A stretch of DNA of 45,086 nt from positions 7,464,809 to 7,509,894 of the forward strand of contig NC_068987.1 in assembly GCF_001194135.2 (NCBI RefSeq), given 5' to 3'. Of the stretch, positions 1 to 11,687 are shown piece by piece (the first letter of the stretch is position 1; each line of letters opens with the position of its first letter). A program made the translations under genes and the position numbers. The notes beneath the pieces were generated by a model. It was given only the letters and a program-made list of their open reading frames with translations, had not been told where the DNA came from and ran no database searches. Origin of the DNA: Octopus bimaculoides (taxonomy: Eukaryota).

Positions 1-48
<48 letters not shown>
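1..48. repeat. (TA)n microsatellite
   Basis: Near-perfect AT dinucleotide run at the window start. Confidence 0.95.
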
Positions 49-438
49 GAATACACACACATACATACACATGTTTGTGTATATGTGTATAATATAAAAT
101 GTTAACAATAAATCACAACAGCACACACTTATGTTGTGCCGGTGTACTTTATACTTAAAATTGGGTATTAAATGTAAACATTTCTACACAAACCATGTCT
201 TCAGATCTTGTTATATCAAACCATAGACGATACATATTTACAAGAATGTAATACGACCCATGTACAGGACATACATCTGCAGAGTCGCACCACGACATGG
301 TTATATCTGTTACACAACATACGGACCTCTTCTGTATACTTCTTACCACACAATTGACGCACACCCAACGCTTTCTTTTAAACACATAAAGCTATTATGT
401 GCATGTGTTTATTCATACTGTATTATATACGAGGTAGT

Positions 439-816
439 GGAGGCGCAATGGCCCAGTGGTTAGGGCAGCAGACTCGCGGTCATAGGATCGTGGTTTGGAT
501 TCCCAGACCGGGCGCTGTGAGTGTTTATTGAGCGAAAACACTTCAAGCTCCACGAGGCTCTGACATGAAGATGGTGGCGAACCCTGCTGTACTCTTCCAC
601 TACAACTTTCTCTCACTCTTCCTGTTTCTGTTGTACCTGTATTTCAAAGGAGCCAGCCTCGTCACATTCTGTGTCACGCTGAGTCTCCCTGAGAACTACG
701 TTAAGGGTACACGTGTCTGTGGAGTGCTCAGCCACTTGCATGTTAATTTCACGAGCCGGCTGTTCCGTTGATCGAATCAATTGGAACCCTTGTCGTCGTA
801 ACTGACGGAGTACAAC
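439..816 (+). mobile_element. tRNA-derived SINE, working family D
   Basis: Head GGAGGCGCAATGGCCCAGTGGTTAGGGC with A-box-like TGGCCCAGTGG (449-459) and B-box-like GGTTTGGATTCCC (492-504); body segment AAGCTCCACGAGGCTC...ACAACTTTCTCTCACTCTT recurs (reverse strand) at 6290-6375. Confidence 0.8.
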
Positions 817-1480
817 GTATAAAATAGGAGCCATCAAGAATTAATTAAGGGGTCGAGAACCGAAAGGTTTTCGGAATCCTTTTCAACAAAGTACTTCCAC
901 TCCCAGATTCCAGATGATTTATTGCCATTTATAAGCAGTAAACTAGTTCTACCTGTGTATTAGCTTTGTAACCATCAGACATAACTCACGTATAATAACT
1001 ACTGACTAGTTTGTGAGGAGATGCGGTACCATAGACATTGATTCAATGATGTGTAATGGTGCGTGATTGATGTGTAGTTATTGATCGTTAAAGTTTGCGT
1101 TGATATTGTTAGCGATCTAAAGATACGCTAAACTTGACATGGTCACAAATACTAAAGTTAATTACAAAGTAATTAAGTGATTCTGCCGTTTCTGTTCAGA
1201 AAGCTACAAAATCTCTAGCCTCGGCGGAACACAATGTATGTGGGCGTACACATCAAAGCCATCAATAGACAGAATAAAGAAAACCTGTAGTTCATTCATG
1301 CTTCGGGCCGGTGGTTTCTTTCTTTCTTTTTCTTCCTTTTTTTTTTTACTGAAATATGTCAAAATAATTAATTGGGAGAAACATAATCAAAACTTATTAA
1401 GTAAACAAGAATTTACATGAAACCTTGTTAGATAATTAACCATCTAAACGCAGCGAGCTGACAGAAACGTAAGCATACCA

Positions 1481-1716
1481 AAGGCGACGAGCTGGCAGAA
1501 GCGTTAGCACGCCGGGCGAATTGCTTAGCGGTATTTCGTCTGCCGTTACGTTCTGAGTTCAAATTCCGCCGAGGTCGACTTTGCCTTTCATCCTTTCGGG
1601 GTCGATAAATTAAGTACCAATTACGTACTGGGGTCGATGTAATCGACTTAATCTCTTTGTCTGTCCTTGTTTGTCCCCTCTATGTTTAGCCCCTTGTGGG
1701 GCAATAAAGAAATAAG
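1481..1716 (+). mobile_element. tRNA-derived SINE, working family A, near full length
   Basis: AAGGCGACGAGCTGGCAGAA head, B-box GAGTTCAAATTCC, central GGTCGACTTTGCCTTTCATCCTTTCGGGGTCGATAAA...AGTACC; more than 10 homologues in the window. Preceded by a duplicated head stub (1450-1478) and followed by a deleted copy (1717-1830). Confidence 0.9.
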
Positions 1717-1950
1717 AAACGTTAGCACACCAGACAGAATTTATCTTTCCAGGATCGATAAGCTAAGTAACAGATGAGCACTTGCCTCGATGTTATTGAC
1801 TCCTCTTTCTCCAAAAGTTCAGGTCTTGTACTTATAGAAGAAGGGCAAAAAATAGTTTCCCATTAAAGAAACGCGATAGAATATTCTTCCTAATTTTGGC
1901 ACAGAGCCAGCAATTTTGAGGGTGGGGGCAATTTGTTTGCATTGTTGGGT

Positions 1951-2050
1951 ATAGCTGTAAACATTTGCCCAATGTGCCACGCAGTGGGATTGAACCCGGA
2001 ACCATGTGGTAGGGAAGTAAGCTTCTTACCACACAGCCCTGCCAGCGCCT
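1951..2050 (-). mobile_element. CORE-type SINE head, working family B
   Basis: Reverse complement reads GCTGTGTGGTAAGAAGC...GGTTCAATCCCACTGCGTGGCACATTGGGCAAATG (tRNA head plus CORE-like GTGGCACCTTGGGCAAG). Confidence 0.85.
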
Positions 2051-2457
2051 AACATAAAGCTTTTCGTTCATAAGTACCAAGTTACTCTGGTGGTTGAAAA
2101 AACAAATTGATAATGTGTATCACATGTCATCCATGGACACTAGGAAATACATGTCTCATGTATTTCATGGATTACATAAGACAGGCAAATTGTTCTTCAC
2201 TCCTTTATAAAATCCAAGCTATTTTTTTAGCCCCAGTTCAACACCTTCGAGCAGATCAGTGTTCAAAGAAATTTTAGGCGCGACTCCCTCTAATCTTATG
2301 TTTTTAAGATATTACTTATCTAAGACTACATAACACAATACAGTTAAACCTTGAGGTTCGATTTAAACTAGGATTTGACTGCTATTTCCAGCAAACTGAA
2401 GGAACACTTTTATAGGGCACCATATAAGTTCGTTTCAATTCAGGTAGTCTGCTTATA

Positions 2458-2495
2458 CAGGGTGTTCAAAAAGTCTCTCCGCAGTAAGTATTTTT
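2458..2495. mobile_element. Solo Tc1/mariner-type terminal inverted repeat
   Basis: TA|CAGGGTGTTCAAAAAGTCTCTCCGCAGTAAGTATT matches the reverse complement of the right end of the element at 41479-41717; the remainder is lost or in the gap at 2538-2637. Confidence 0.8.
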
Positions 2496-2649
2496 TTTTT
2501 CTGTAGGTATAGTTAGTTTAAATTTTTATTTAGTTGTNNNNNNNNNNNNNNNNNNNNNNNNNNNNNNNNNNNNNNNNNNNNNNNNNNNNNNNNNNNNNNN
2601 NNNNNNNNNNNNNNNNNNNNNNNNNNNNNNNNNNNNNATATATATATAT

Positions 2650-3110
2650 AGCTGTGTAGTTAAGACGTTCACCTTTCAGCCACGTAGACACGTAGATACG
2701 TAGATTCGAGTTCAGCCCTGGTGTGCGGCACTTTTCTTCAATAGATCCGAGCTGACCAATGCCTTGTGAGTGGATGTGGAGACACGTGGTTTAGTGGTTA
2801 GGGTGTTGGACTCATGATCGTAAGATTATGGTTTCAAATCCTAGACCGGGCGACGCGTTGTGCTCAAGCAAAACACTTCATTTCCCTCAGCTTGCAAAAA
2901 TGAGCAACGCTGCGATAGACTGGCGTCCCATCCAGGTGGGAAGTATATACGCCAAGAAACTCGGAAACTGGCATTCATAAGTCGGTATGACTCGAGAAGA
3001 TAACCTTACCTTTACCTCTTGTGAGCGGATATGGTAGACGAAAACCGAGTAGAAGCCCTTCATGTGTGTGTACTTGTGTAAACACCCCCGTCACCGCTTC
3101 ACAACAGTTT
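2650..3110 (+). mobile_element. Degenerate family-B SINE split by a nested SINE insertion
   Basis: B sequence ...CCAATGCCTTGTGAGTGGAT (to ~2779) resumes as CTTGTGAGCGGATATGGTAGACG (3018 onward). Confidence 0.75.
2778..3017 (+). mobile_element. tRNA-derived SINE, working family C, with ~17-bp TSD
   Basis: Head GTGGTTTAGTGGTTAGGG, B-box-like GGTTTCAAATCC, body GCGATAGACTGGCGTCCCATCCAGG, (TTTACC)-type tail; TSD CTTGTGAGTGGATGTGG (2763-2779) / CTTGTGAGCGGATATGG (3018-3034). Confidence 0.8.
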
Positions 3111-3439
3111 TTAAAGAAAAATATACAAAGGTTACATTACTCTCATTTATTGTAGTAAGACGCACGATCTATGGTGAAGGAAATAAGGTTTGGGTTTCAT
3201 ATTTAATATTGTGAGTTGAAAAACTTCGATTAACCGTGACTGAATGTAGAAAAATTCACAGCAAGCGTATTTGCAATCTAAAAACAACAGACGACAGACG
3301 GGAAACTGTAAGAGTGCGTTACAATTAATAGTATGTCACGTGTGCGTGACGTACATTCGTGTTGTTAGAAAGTCCTGCACGTGATTTTCAGGAATATGGT
3401 ATATATGATTAGAGATGTGTGCCTTGTGTGCTTCTCAGT

Positions 3440-4235
3440 CACTTCTTTTCTTCTTCTTCTTTTTCTTCTTCTTTTCTCTTCTTCTTCTTCTTCTTCTTCT
3501 TCTTCTTTTTCTTTTTCTTCATCTTCTTCTTTTTCTTTTGTATTCTTCTACTTCTTCTTCTTCATATCCTTCTTCTTTTTCTTTTTCTTCATCTTCTTCT
3601 TTTTCTTCATCTTCTTCTTCTTCTTCTTCTTCTTTTTCTGCTTCTTCTTCTTCTTCTTCTTCTTCTTCTTTTTCTTCTTCTTCTTCTTCTTCTTCTTCTT
3701 CTTCTTCTTTTTCTTCTTCTTGTTCTTCTTCTTGTTCTTCTTGTTCTTCTACTTTTTCTTCCTCTTTTCTCTTCTTCTTCCTTCTCTTTTCTCTTCTTCT
3801 CCTCTCCCTTCTTATTTCTCTCCTTTTCCTCCATCTTCTTCGCATTTTTCCTCTTCTTCTCCTTCCCCTACTCCGTCTTCTTCACCACCTTCTCCTTTTT
3901 CTTCTTTTTCCTCTCCTACTTCCCCCCCTTTTTTGATTTTTTTCCCTCTTTTTCTCCTCCTCTACGTTGTCTATTTCCCCTTCCTTTTCTTCTTCCTCCT
4001 CCCCTTCTTCGTCTTATCCTCCTACTCTCCTACTCCTTTTCCTTTCTTCTTTCTCCTCTTCTTCCTCCTTTTCTTCATCTTCTGCCTCTTCCTCCTCCTT
4101 CTTTTCTTTCTCTCCTTCCTCCCCGTCTTCTTCACTTTCTTCTCCTCCTCTACTTCTTTTTCCCCATTTTTTCCTCCTCCACCTCTTCCTTCTCCTCTCT
4201 TTTCTTCTCTCTCCCACCTCCCCTATCTCCTTCTT
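3440..4235. repeat. Long (TTC)n / (TCC)n polypyrimidine tract
   Basis: About 800 bp of almost pure C/T triplet repeats; source of the poly-F/S/L/E/K ORFs in the track. Confidence 0.95.
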
Positions 4236-4649
4236 AATCCGTTGCTATGTACCACGGGCAAGGTTACAGCGTCCCTTCCTCCAGAAATAGGGAACGACTG
4301 ATTCAAAACTCCATCTCTGTCAAACTTCGTCACGTTCAATCCGATTAAAAATAACGTTAACGATGTGCGTGACTTCGGAATATTCTACCATTAATACGCT
4401 AACACAATTAATTTGGTTTTTCAGATGATCGACAAAATTGAGATTTCACCATCAGAAATTCCATACGATGTCCACTTATAACACATTCCCCCTACACACA
4501 CACACACACACACAGACCCCTACACACACACTCTCTCCCCTACACACAAGCCCATACACACACACACAGATGTCTACAGCTGTCTTCTTGTCTCCAGGCT
4601 GTCAAATTGTCTTTTGTTCCATGGTGAGGCGATATTAGGGAAATTCTTG

Positions 4650-5110
4650 ATTTTGTATAAAGTCTATTTGCCAACACAATGTGGTAGTCCTACGCAGGAT
4701 GACGTTACTGCTTTTTAGCTCCAGAAAAACATCTTTTCCAGCTGGCTACCGACACATGGTCTGTGTCCGTATACTGTGAGAAACGGAGTCTATTGCACCG
4801 TATCTAGCCTTAGCGATACCTGTAGACCAATTGTTTCTGGGTAATTTCCCATCCTCACTACAGGACAATCACCGGCTAGAGATGGCAACCACTCGACCTT
4901 GCCCACAGTATACAATTTTAAAGCGACACACTATCACTGATCTCGTAAAGAGATAAACAACTAGTTCTAAATCACTGAGCGAGGAATATGCAGTTGCAGT
5001 ACCGCACATTTGCCAACACAATGTGGCAGTCTTACGCAGGACGATATTACTACTTTTTAAACATCTCTTCCAGCTGGCTACCGACACATGGTCTGTGTCC
5101 GTATAATGTT
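4650..5110 (-). mobile_element. Possible BEL/Pao LTR-retrotransposon pol C-terminal remnant with a local ~110-bp duplication
   Basis: Minus frame reads EDGKLPRNNWSTGIAKARYGAIDSVSHSIRTQTMCR*PAGKDVFLEL, which aligns by eye to the LPRNxWxLG...D..V.SV.VKT..RP..KL.LLE pattern of the BEL/Pao C-terminal domain (DUF5641); direct repeat at 4665-4780 and 5007-5109. Confidence 0.4.
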
Positions 5111-5329
5111 ATTGTGTATTCTTGAGATTATTTCCCCTTCCCATTTGATGTCGGTAACAATTGCTACCAAACGATTATTCTACCTTTTTTTCTGAAAGCG
5201 GCAGCAATCTCAATAAATGAATATGTTATTACATTTATTATTTAGTACGCCCTCGTTTTCCTTTGATGCTCCAACACATGTCACAAGCCAGTCTCTTTTA
5301 TTTCCCTTAGGTCATTTTGGTTAAATTCA

Positions 5330-5385
5330 TATGTGTATACATACATACATATGTATATATATGTATACACACACACACACACATA

Positions 5386-5421
<36 letters not shown>

Positions 5422-5552
5422 TAGAGAGAGATAGATAGATATAAACAGAGATGGATAGATAGACAGACAGACACACAGACACACAGACACACAGAAAGAT
5501 AACTAGACAGACAGACTAAAAGACAGGCAGACAGGCAGAAAGACAGACAGAC

Positions 5553-5617
<65 letters not shown>

Positions 5618-5723
5618 TAGACAGAGATGTAGTTATATGCATATATAAATACATANNNNNNNNNNAAATACATATCTATATAGCTTATATACATGAACAT
5701 ATCCATATCTGTATGTGTGTGTG

Positions 5724-5774
<51 letters not shown>

Positions 5775-5800
5775 GTGTAAATACATAGATACATAGATAT
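5330..5800. repeat. Compound microsatellite (TATG, GACA, GATA, TG)
   Basis: Consecutive tetra- and dinucleotide arrays. Confidence 0.95.
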
Positions 5801-6154
5801 TTCTGTGTGTATAAATATATTTATATATAAATACACATACACACATAATAATATTTATACATAGTTGAGGTGATAGAAAGTTAATTAGTTTTCTTCTTCT
5901 TCCTCCTCCTCGCGGTAGCATAACATTTATTCCACAGTTTGAACTCTTTCACCTCTCTTCCTTAATGAGAAACATTCATAAACAAGTGATTAGTACATCA
6001 CATCTATTTACGTCCTTCCTCGTAATTAGGGCGTTACCGTTATCAGCACGTGCAATGAAAACCGCGTGCCACACATGCACAACCCTTCTTCCCACGTGTC
6101 TCCTCGCTTTCGTTACACTGTCTCGCAATATACAACTTATTGATCCTCTCAGAG

Positions 6155-6438
6155 TTGTTGTTGTTGTTGTTGCTTGTTTCTTCTCCAGTCATGCTTGGCA
6201 CATAAGGGCCGGTTTCCCGGTTTCCATGGCGTATAGGTTCCCCACCTGGGCGGGACGTCGGTGTGTCGCAGGTGAGCTGCTAGATGCCGGCGGAAAGAGT
6301 GAGAGAAAGTTGTGGCGAAAGAGTCAGTAGAAGTTCTCTATTACCGTCTGCCGGAGCCGCGTGGAGCTTAGGTGTTTCGAACCCGCGATCCCTCGACCGC
6401 GACTCCGCTGCTCTAACCACTTAGCCATGTGCCACCAC
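6155..6438 (-). mobile_element. Chimeric SINE: family-D head and body plus family-C 3' end, (AAC)n tail
   Basis: Reverse complement: tRNA head (TGGCTAAGTGG...GGTTCGAAAC), D body (AAGCTCCACGCGGCTCC...ACAACTTTCTCTCACTCTT), C tail (GACGTCCCGCCCAGGTGGGG...TATACGCCATGGAAACC...ATGACTGGAGAAG); probable TSD CCTCTCAGAGTTGTT (6145) / CCTCTCATAGTAGTT (6439). Confidence 0.8.
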
Positions 6439-6513
6439 CCTCTCATAGTAGTTACAATTATATGTCTAGTATAATATAGATGATGTTACCATCATTAATA
6501 TTAGTTTATTAAG

Positions 6514-6632
6514 AAGGTGGTGAGCTGACAGAAACGTTAGCACGCCGAGTGAAATGTTTAACGGTATTTCGTCTGTCTTTACGTTCTGAATTCAAATTCC
6601 GCCGAGGTCGAATTTGTCCCCCTCCCCCGAAA
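6514..6632 (+). mobile_element. Family-A SINE with internal deletion
   Basis: Intact head to GAGGTCGA, then jumps directly to the tail TTGTCCCCCTCCCCCGAAA. Confidence 0.85.
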
Positions 6633-7109
6633 GAAAGTATTCACAAGACGCTTTACGATTACTCTTACACGAGGTTAGACGTTCTCTGCCAACGGTTCAC
6701 AGTGAACCGCTTCCCAATCGATTACTCACAGTTCTTTATTTTATAGCAATGTCAGTCTACTTTTAGTCACATGGGACTGGTTGGAATCATTCCACAACAG
6801 GTTTACATCTACGACCGGAGCTGTTGTATTGCTTTGAGTTTTCTTTGTACTGTTGTCAATGTTGAATACAAAGTTCTTTTGGCGATCTCTTTCATTTTTC
6901 GCAATATCTCGTATATCTGTTACAACGAGCGTAACGTTCTTGCAAAAATTAGCGAGTATGCCGCATGATTACGTTTTGGTTTCACATTGTTCTATATTGC
7001 AGGAACCGTAAAACTCGGCTGACATGTTGTCCCGTGAGAAAACTAATTCTTCTTCCAGCTTCTTGCTTAGAAAATTTGATTTATGGACAGAGAATAAGCA
7101 CTTCCGGAG

Positions 7110-7172
7110 ATGGTGGTAGCAGTGGTGGTGATAGCAGTGGTGGTGGTAGCAGTGGTGGTGGTAGCAGTGGTG
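7110..7172. repeat. (GGT)n array with GGTAGCAGT interruptions
   Basis: Same 15-bp unit GGTGGTGGTAGCAGT as at 9010-9130. Confidence 0.9.
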
Positions 7173-7399
7173 TACACTAGTAATTTCATTAGTAAGTTTT
7201 ATCTTTGTATATATTTGAATATAAACGTAAAAATGTGACTATTGTAACAAATATAACCTCAGGACCGAGAACATGAAGATTCTTCCATTTATGAATATTC
7301 TTCTGTAAGTATTATTGTGTTCGTGTATATATCTTATATATCAATGTGTATTCATGTTTGTATATTGTATATTTGTATGCAAACCTTAAAAATCCAGGT

Positions 7400-7463
7400 C
7401 ATATATGTGTATATGCATGCATGTATGTGTGCGTATGTGAGTGTGTGAGTGTGTGTGCGTATG

Positions 7464-7508
<45 letters not shown>

Positions 7509-7681
7509 TAGATAGATAGATAGATAGATAGATACATGTGTATATATATAATACATAGACATACATGGACATACATGGACATACATATATAAATAGAAAC
7601 ATACATATAGATATAGATACATATATACATACATACACACACACATATATCTACATGTATATATGTATGTGTGTGTGTATG

Positions 7682-7740
<59 letters not shown>

Positions 7741-7950
7741 GTGTGTGTATACTGCTGAATATATAATCATAGTTACATGAGCACGTGCATGATGTATGTA
7801 AGCACGTGAAAGTATGCTTGCCGGTTTGTGTAAATAGTAGTTGGTGTATGTGTGTATGTGTGTGCGTGCGTATATGCATATCTGTACGTATGTATGTATG
7901 TACGTATATATGTATGTACGTACGTATGTATGTATGTATGTATGCATATA
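7400..7950. repeat. Compound microsatellite (TG, GATA, TA, TATG)
   Basis: Direct reading. Confidence 0.95.
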
Positions 7951-8289
7951 AAATGTAACCAATCACCCTCAACTTTGCTCGACTAATCCAGTTTCCTAAC
8001 ATATTCTCTTCCATCCGTTCTATCCACCGTTTTCCTTCTTCCGCCAACGTCCTACTTCTCTCCACACATGTTCTTCTCTCTCTTTCTCTCTATCTAAATA
8101 TCTATCTATCTTTCCCTCCCACCTCTCTCTCTCTCTCTCTCTCTTTCTTTCTCTCTCTTTCTTTCTCTATCTCTCCCTCTCTCATCATTTCGTCCTTTTT
8201 TACAAACAGCAGCAACAGTTATGAATTTTTGTAACCAATAAATTCCACGCACGCTCGTATTCAAATACACTCATACACATACATACACA

Positions 8290-8600
8290 CACATAAACAC
8301 ACACACATATACACATGTCACACACATGTACACACACACACAGGCATATATATATAAGCCTCACACACGTACACATACACACATATATATATATATACAC
8401 ACACAAGCCTCACACACACACACACACAGGCATATATATATATATATATATACATAAGCCTCACACGTATACATACACACACACATATATATATATATAT
8501 ACACACAAGTCTCACACACACACGCATATATATATACACAAACCTGACACACGTACGCACACACAAACACACACACACACATGCCTCACACACATATACA
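8290..8600. repeat. Higher-order minisatellite built of AAGCCTCA-anchored CA/TA microsatellite units
   Basis: AAGCCTCACAC anchor or close variants at ~8356, 8406, 8456, 8506, 8540 and 8581. Confidence 0.75.
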
Positions 8601-8904
8601 CACAGACCATTCTTACGTAAAATCCAATAAAACATTCGGTTTCATTTTCCTTCAGATATTTATTTTACTTATTTTTGTTATTGTTTGTTTTTTATTATTA
8701 TTTCTCAATAATTCCTTTGTTTTGTTTTGTTTTTTTTATTTACAATCGCATTGTTACTTTTTTTGTTATTGATATACGTATTGTTTTTATTTGTTTCTCT
8801 TTTAATTTTCTATTTCCTTCCCATATCGAACTTTTGACAAATCTATTGATTTGAGATAAATTATATTTATTAATATTGATGTTGATGATGTAGTCGTTAC
8901 TCTT

Positions 8905-9150
8905 GTCGCTGACGCTGGTGGTGATGACGGTTGTATAGATGGTGGTGGTGGTGGTGGTGGATATTTTTTGTCAGCGGTGTTGGTGCTGATGATAATAGTG
9001 ATACTGGAGACGGTGGTGGTAGCAGTGGTGGTGGTAGCAGTGGTGGTGGTAGCAGTGGTGGTGGTAGCAGTGGTGGTGGTGGTGGTGGTGGTGGTGCTGC
9101 TGCTGCTNNNNNNNNNNGGTAGCAGTGGTGGTGGTGGTGGTGGTGGTGCT

Positions 9151-9181
<31 letters not shown>

Positions 9182-9442
9182 ACGGTTGTGATGCTGGAGG
9201 TGGTGGCGCTAGTGATGGTGGTGGTGAGGGTAATAGTGTTGTTGGTGATGATGACGTTAACGGTGGTGGTGGCTCTGGTGGTGGTGGCGCTAGTGGTGGT
9301 GGCACTGGTGGTGGTGGCACTGGTGGTGGTGGTGGTGGTGGTGGTAGATGTGATGGTAGTTATCGCTGTAATTGTGTTCTTTGTTTTCTATAAGTTACTA
9401 TTTGAATCTTTTATTGATATTAATATTATTATTGTTATCATT

Positions 9443-9513
<71 letters not shown>

Positions 9514-9515
9514 CA
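8905..9515. repeat. (GGT/GAT/GCT)n and (ATT)n triplet tracts
   Basis: Direct reading; explains the poly-G/V/P/I ORFs. Confidence 0.95.
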
Positions 9516-9884
9516 TTACAGTTGTTGTTGCTATTGTTGTCGTTGTTGTTATATCGCCGTCATGGTTCCGTCTTTTTTTTTCTTTTTTGTAACCGTTTTT
9601 ATTTTTTATTTTTCGTTTTTTCGACACGCACTTCGATTTTCATAATTTAATCGTTACATCTTGATAAACAGATCAAAGGATATACTTTCTAAATAAATAT
9701 TTGTACATAAGTCTTTATATAATCACACAGACACACACAAATATACATACACACGCAAATACATACATATCCATAAGATCTTATATGTGTATATATGTGG
9801 GAGTGAGAGGGTGTATGAAGTAGAATTACGTTCGCTAATACATACATATTTATGCATTGATTATATGTGTGTATGTATATATAT

Positions 9885-9946
<62 letters not shown>

Positions 9947-10529
9947 NNNNNNNNNNNNNNNNNNNNNNNNNNNNNNNNNNNNNNNNNNNNNNNNNNNNNN
10001 NNNNNNNNNNNNNNNNNNNNNNNNNNNNNNNNNNNNNNNNNNNNNNNNNNNNNNNNNNNNNNNNNNNNNNNNNNNNNNNNNNNNNNNNTATGTATGTATA
10101 CGTATGTATATACAGTTTCTTTATTAGAATCTTTAGGTAACTTTCGTCAACTCATAAACATAAAAATATAATTCACGTTTGTATTAGACCTAATATATTA
10201 TTCAATCTACAACAAAACCAAATACTTTAATACATTTTTATTATGCAAAGGTCATAAAAGATTAATATCCTTCGAGATAGTTTACTGTTTAGTAATCATG
10301 CTGTATACTATCACATTTATTTCTGCACCTATTAGTGTACTTTCTTCTCTAAGAATTTTTTCATTAAATCGGATCAATTTGCTCTTCTTTAGATCTGAAA
10401 GTAAGTTTTTGGTTATCGAAACGTTTTTTAAAATCACCTTCACTCATTCCGATGTAATTGTTTCCGCCTTTCTTTCATTAATGTTTCTTTTTAAATACTT
10501 TCTAGGTATGCAGCGTTAAATCTGTAGAG

Positions 10530-10600
10530 CAGTGTTTCTCAACCGGCATTCCTAAGATTCCTAAGGTTCTGCAAAAGGTTCTTAGAGGTTCCACTAGAAA
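10530..10600 (+). mobile_element. Possible hAT/Charlie-type terminal fragment
   Basis: CAGTGTTTCTCAACC start, preceded by CTGTAGAG (close to the NTCTAGAN target preference of Charlie elements); no partner end found. Confidence 0.4.
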
Positions 10601-10682
10601 GAGTGAGTTATACCAATGCTAATTTTTTGATTGCAATATATTATTATTGGTTAGTGTAATATTGTAATATAGGCATCATCCT

Positions 10683-10841
10683 TTAGCATGCCAGGACGAA
10701 ATGCTTAACGGTATTTCGTCTGTCTTTACGTTCTGACTTCAAATTCCCCCGAGGTAGACTTTGCTATTCATCCTTTCGGGGTCGATCTAATCGGCTGGCC
10801 CTTCCCCAAAAATTTCGAGCCTTGTGCCTAGAGTAGAAACG
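10683..10841 (+). mobile_element. 5'-truncated, internally deleted family-A SINE with perfect 17-bp TSD
   Basis: TSD AATATAGGCATCATCCT at 10666-10682 and 10842-10858. Confidence 0.9.
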
Positions 10842-11476
10842 AATATAGGCATCATCCTATCTAACTTATTACGTTATCAAAATAACATAAGAATCGTTGA
10901 GGATTATTCAGTGATGCCTGTTGTTTTTTTGTTTTTTTGTTTGCTCTGTTTTCTTTTTATTTGTTTATTTATGTATTTTTGTCTGGTACTTATTCTATCG
11001 GTCCCTTTTGTCGAGCTGCTAACTTAGGCGTCATTTTTAATGTAACTGTAGCAGTCATTGCTCATAACTGTTTGGAAAATTATTTTGCATTAATACTAAA
11101 AAATTCCTAACTTTAATGGATATAACGAATCAGTACAGGACCAATTCTCCACGTGGTCCTGAGTGGTTTGTGCTGACCGAAGACTAAGTAACAGTACTAG
11201 CATCAATAGCAATGGTATGAACTTGAAGATGTGCTGTACTAAAGTGAGGCTGACATTTTAAAACTGACCGGAAGTTACCGCTCTTCGAATATTATCTTTA
11301 AGCCTGATGCATGAAAATTAGAAAGAATTAAATCGGTTTGTCTATAATACGGGCTTCTGACTGTCACACAAAAGAAAGTAGAGAGAGGAAGGCCTATCAC
11401 CTAGGTCTTTCTCATCCCAAATACTGAGTACAATTACAAGAATTAGAGCTTGAGAGAGTCAATAGAAAAGTATAAG

Positions 11477-11687
11477 TTTCAAGTTTTAGCACAAGGCCAG
11501 CAATTTTGGGGCGGTCGTAAGTCGAATACATCGACCCCAGTGCTTAACTGGTACGTATTTTATCTACCCCGAACGGATGAAAAGCAAAGTCGACCTCGGT
11601 GGAATTTGAACTCAGAGCGTAAAGACGGACGAGATGCTACTAAGCATTTTGCCTGGCGTTGTAACGATTCTGCCAGCTCGTCGCCTT
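11477..11687 (-). mobile_element. Family-A SINE
   Basis: Ends CTGCCAGCTCGTCGCCTT (reverse complement of the head); central domain present. Confidence 0.9.

Noticed and set aside
439-515. tRNA gene (also at other SINE heads)
   Set aside because: A/B boxes are present but acceptor and T stems are not intact, and each continues into a repeat body; these are SINE heads
3381-4301. 306-aa and overlapping long ORFs
   Set aside because: Translations of a stop-free (TTC/TCC)n tract; homopolymeric F/S/L/E/K in all frames
8802-9592. Gly/Pro-rich or collagen-like protein ORFs
   Set aside because: Pure (GGT)n/(ATT)n repeats with no splice or codon evidence
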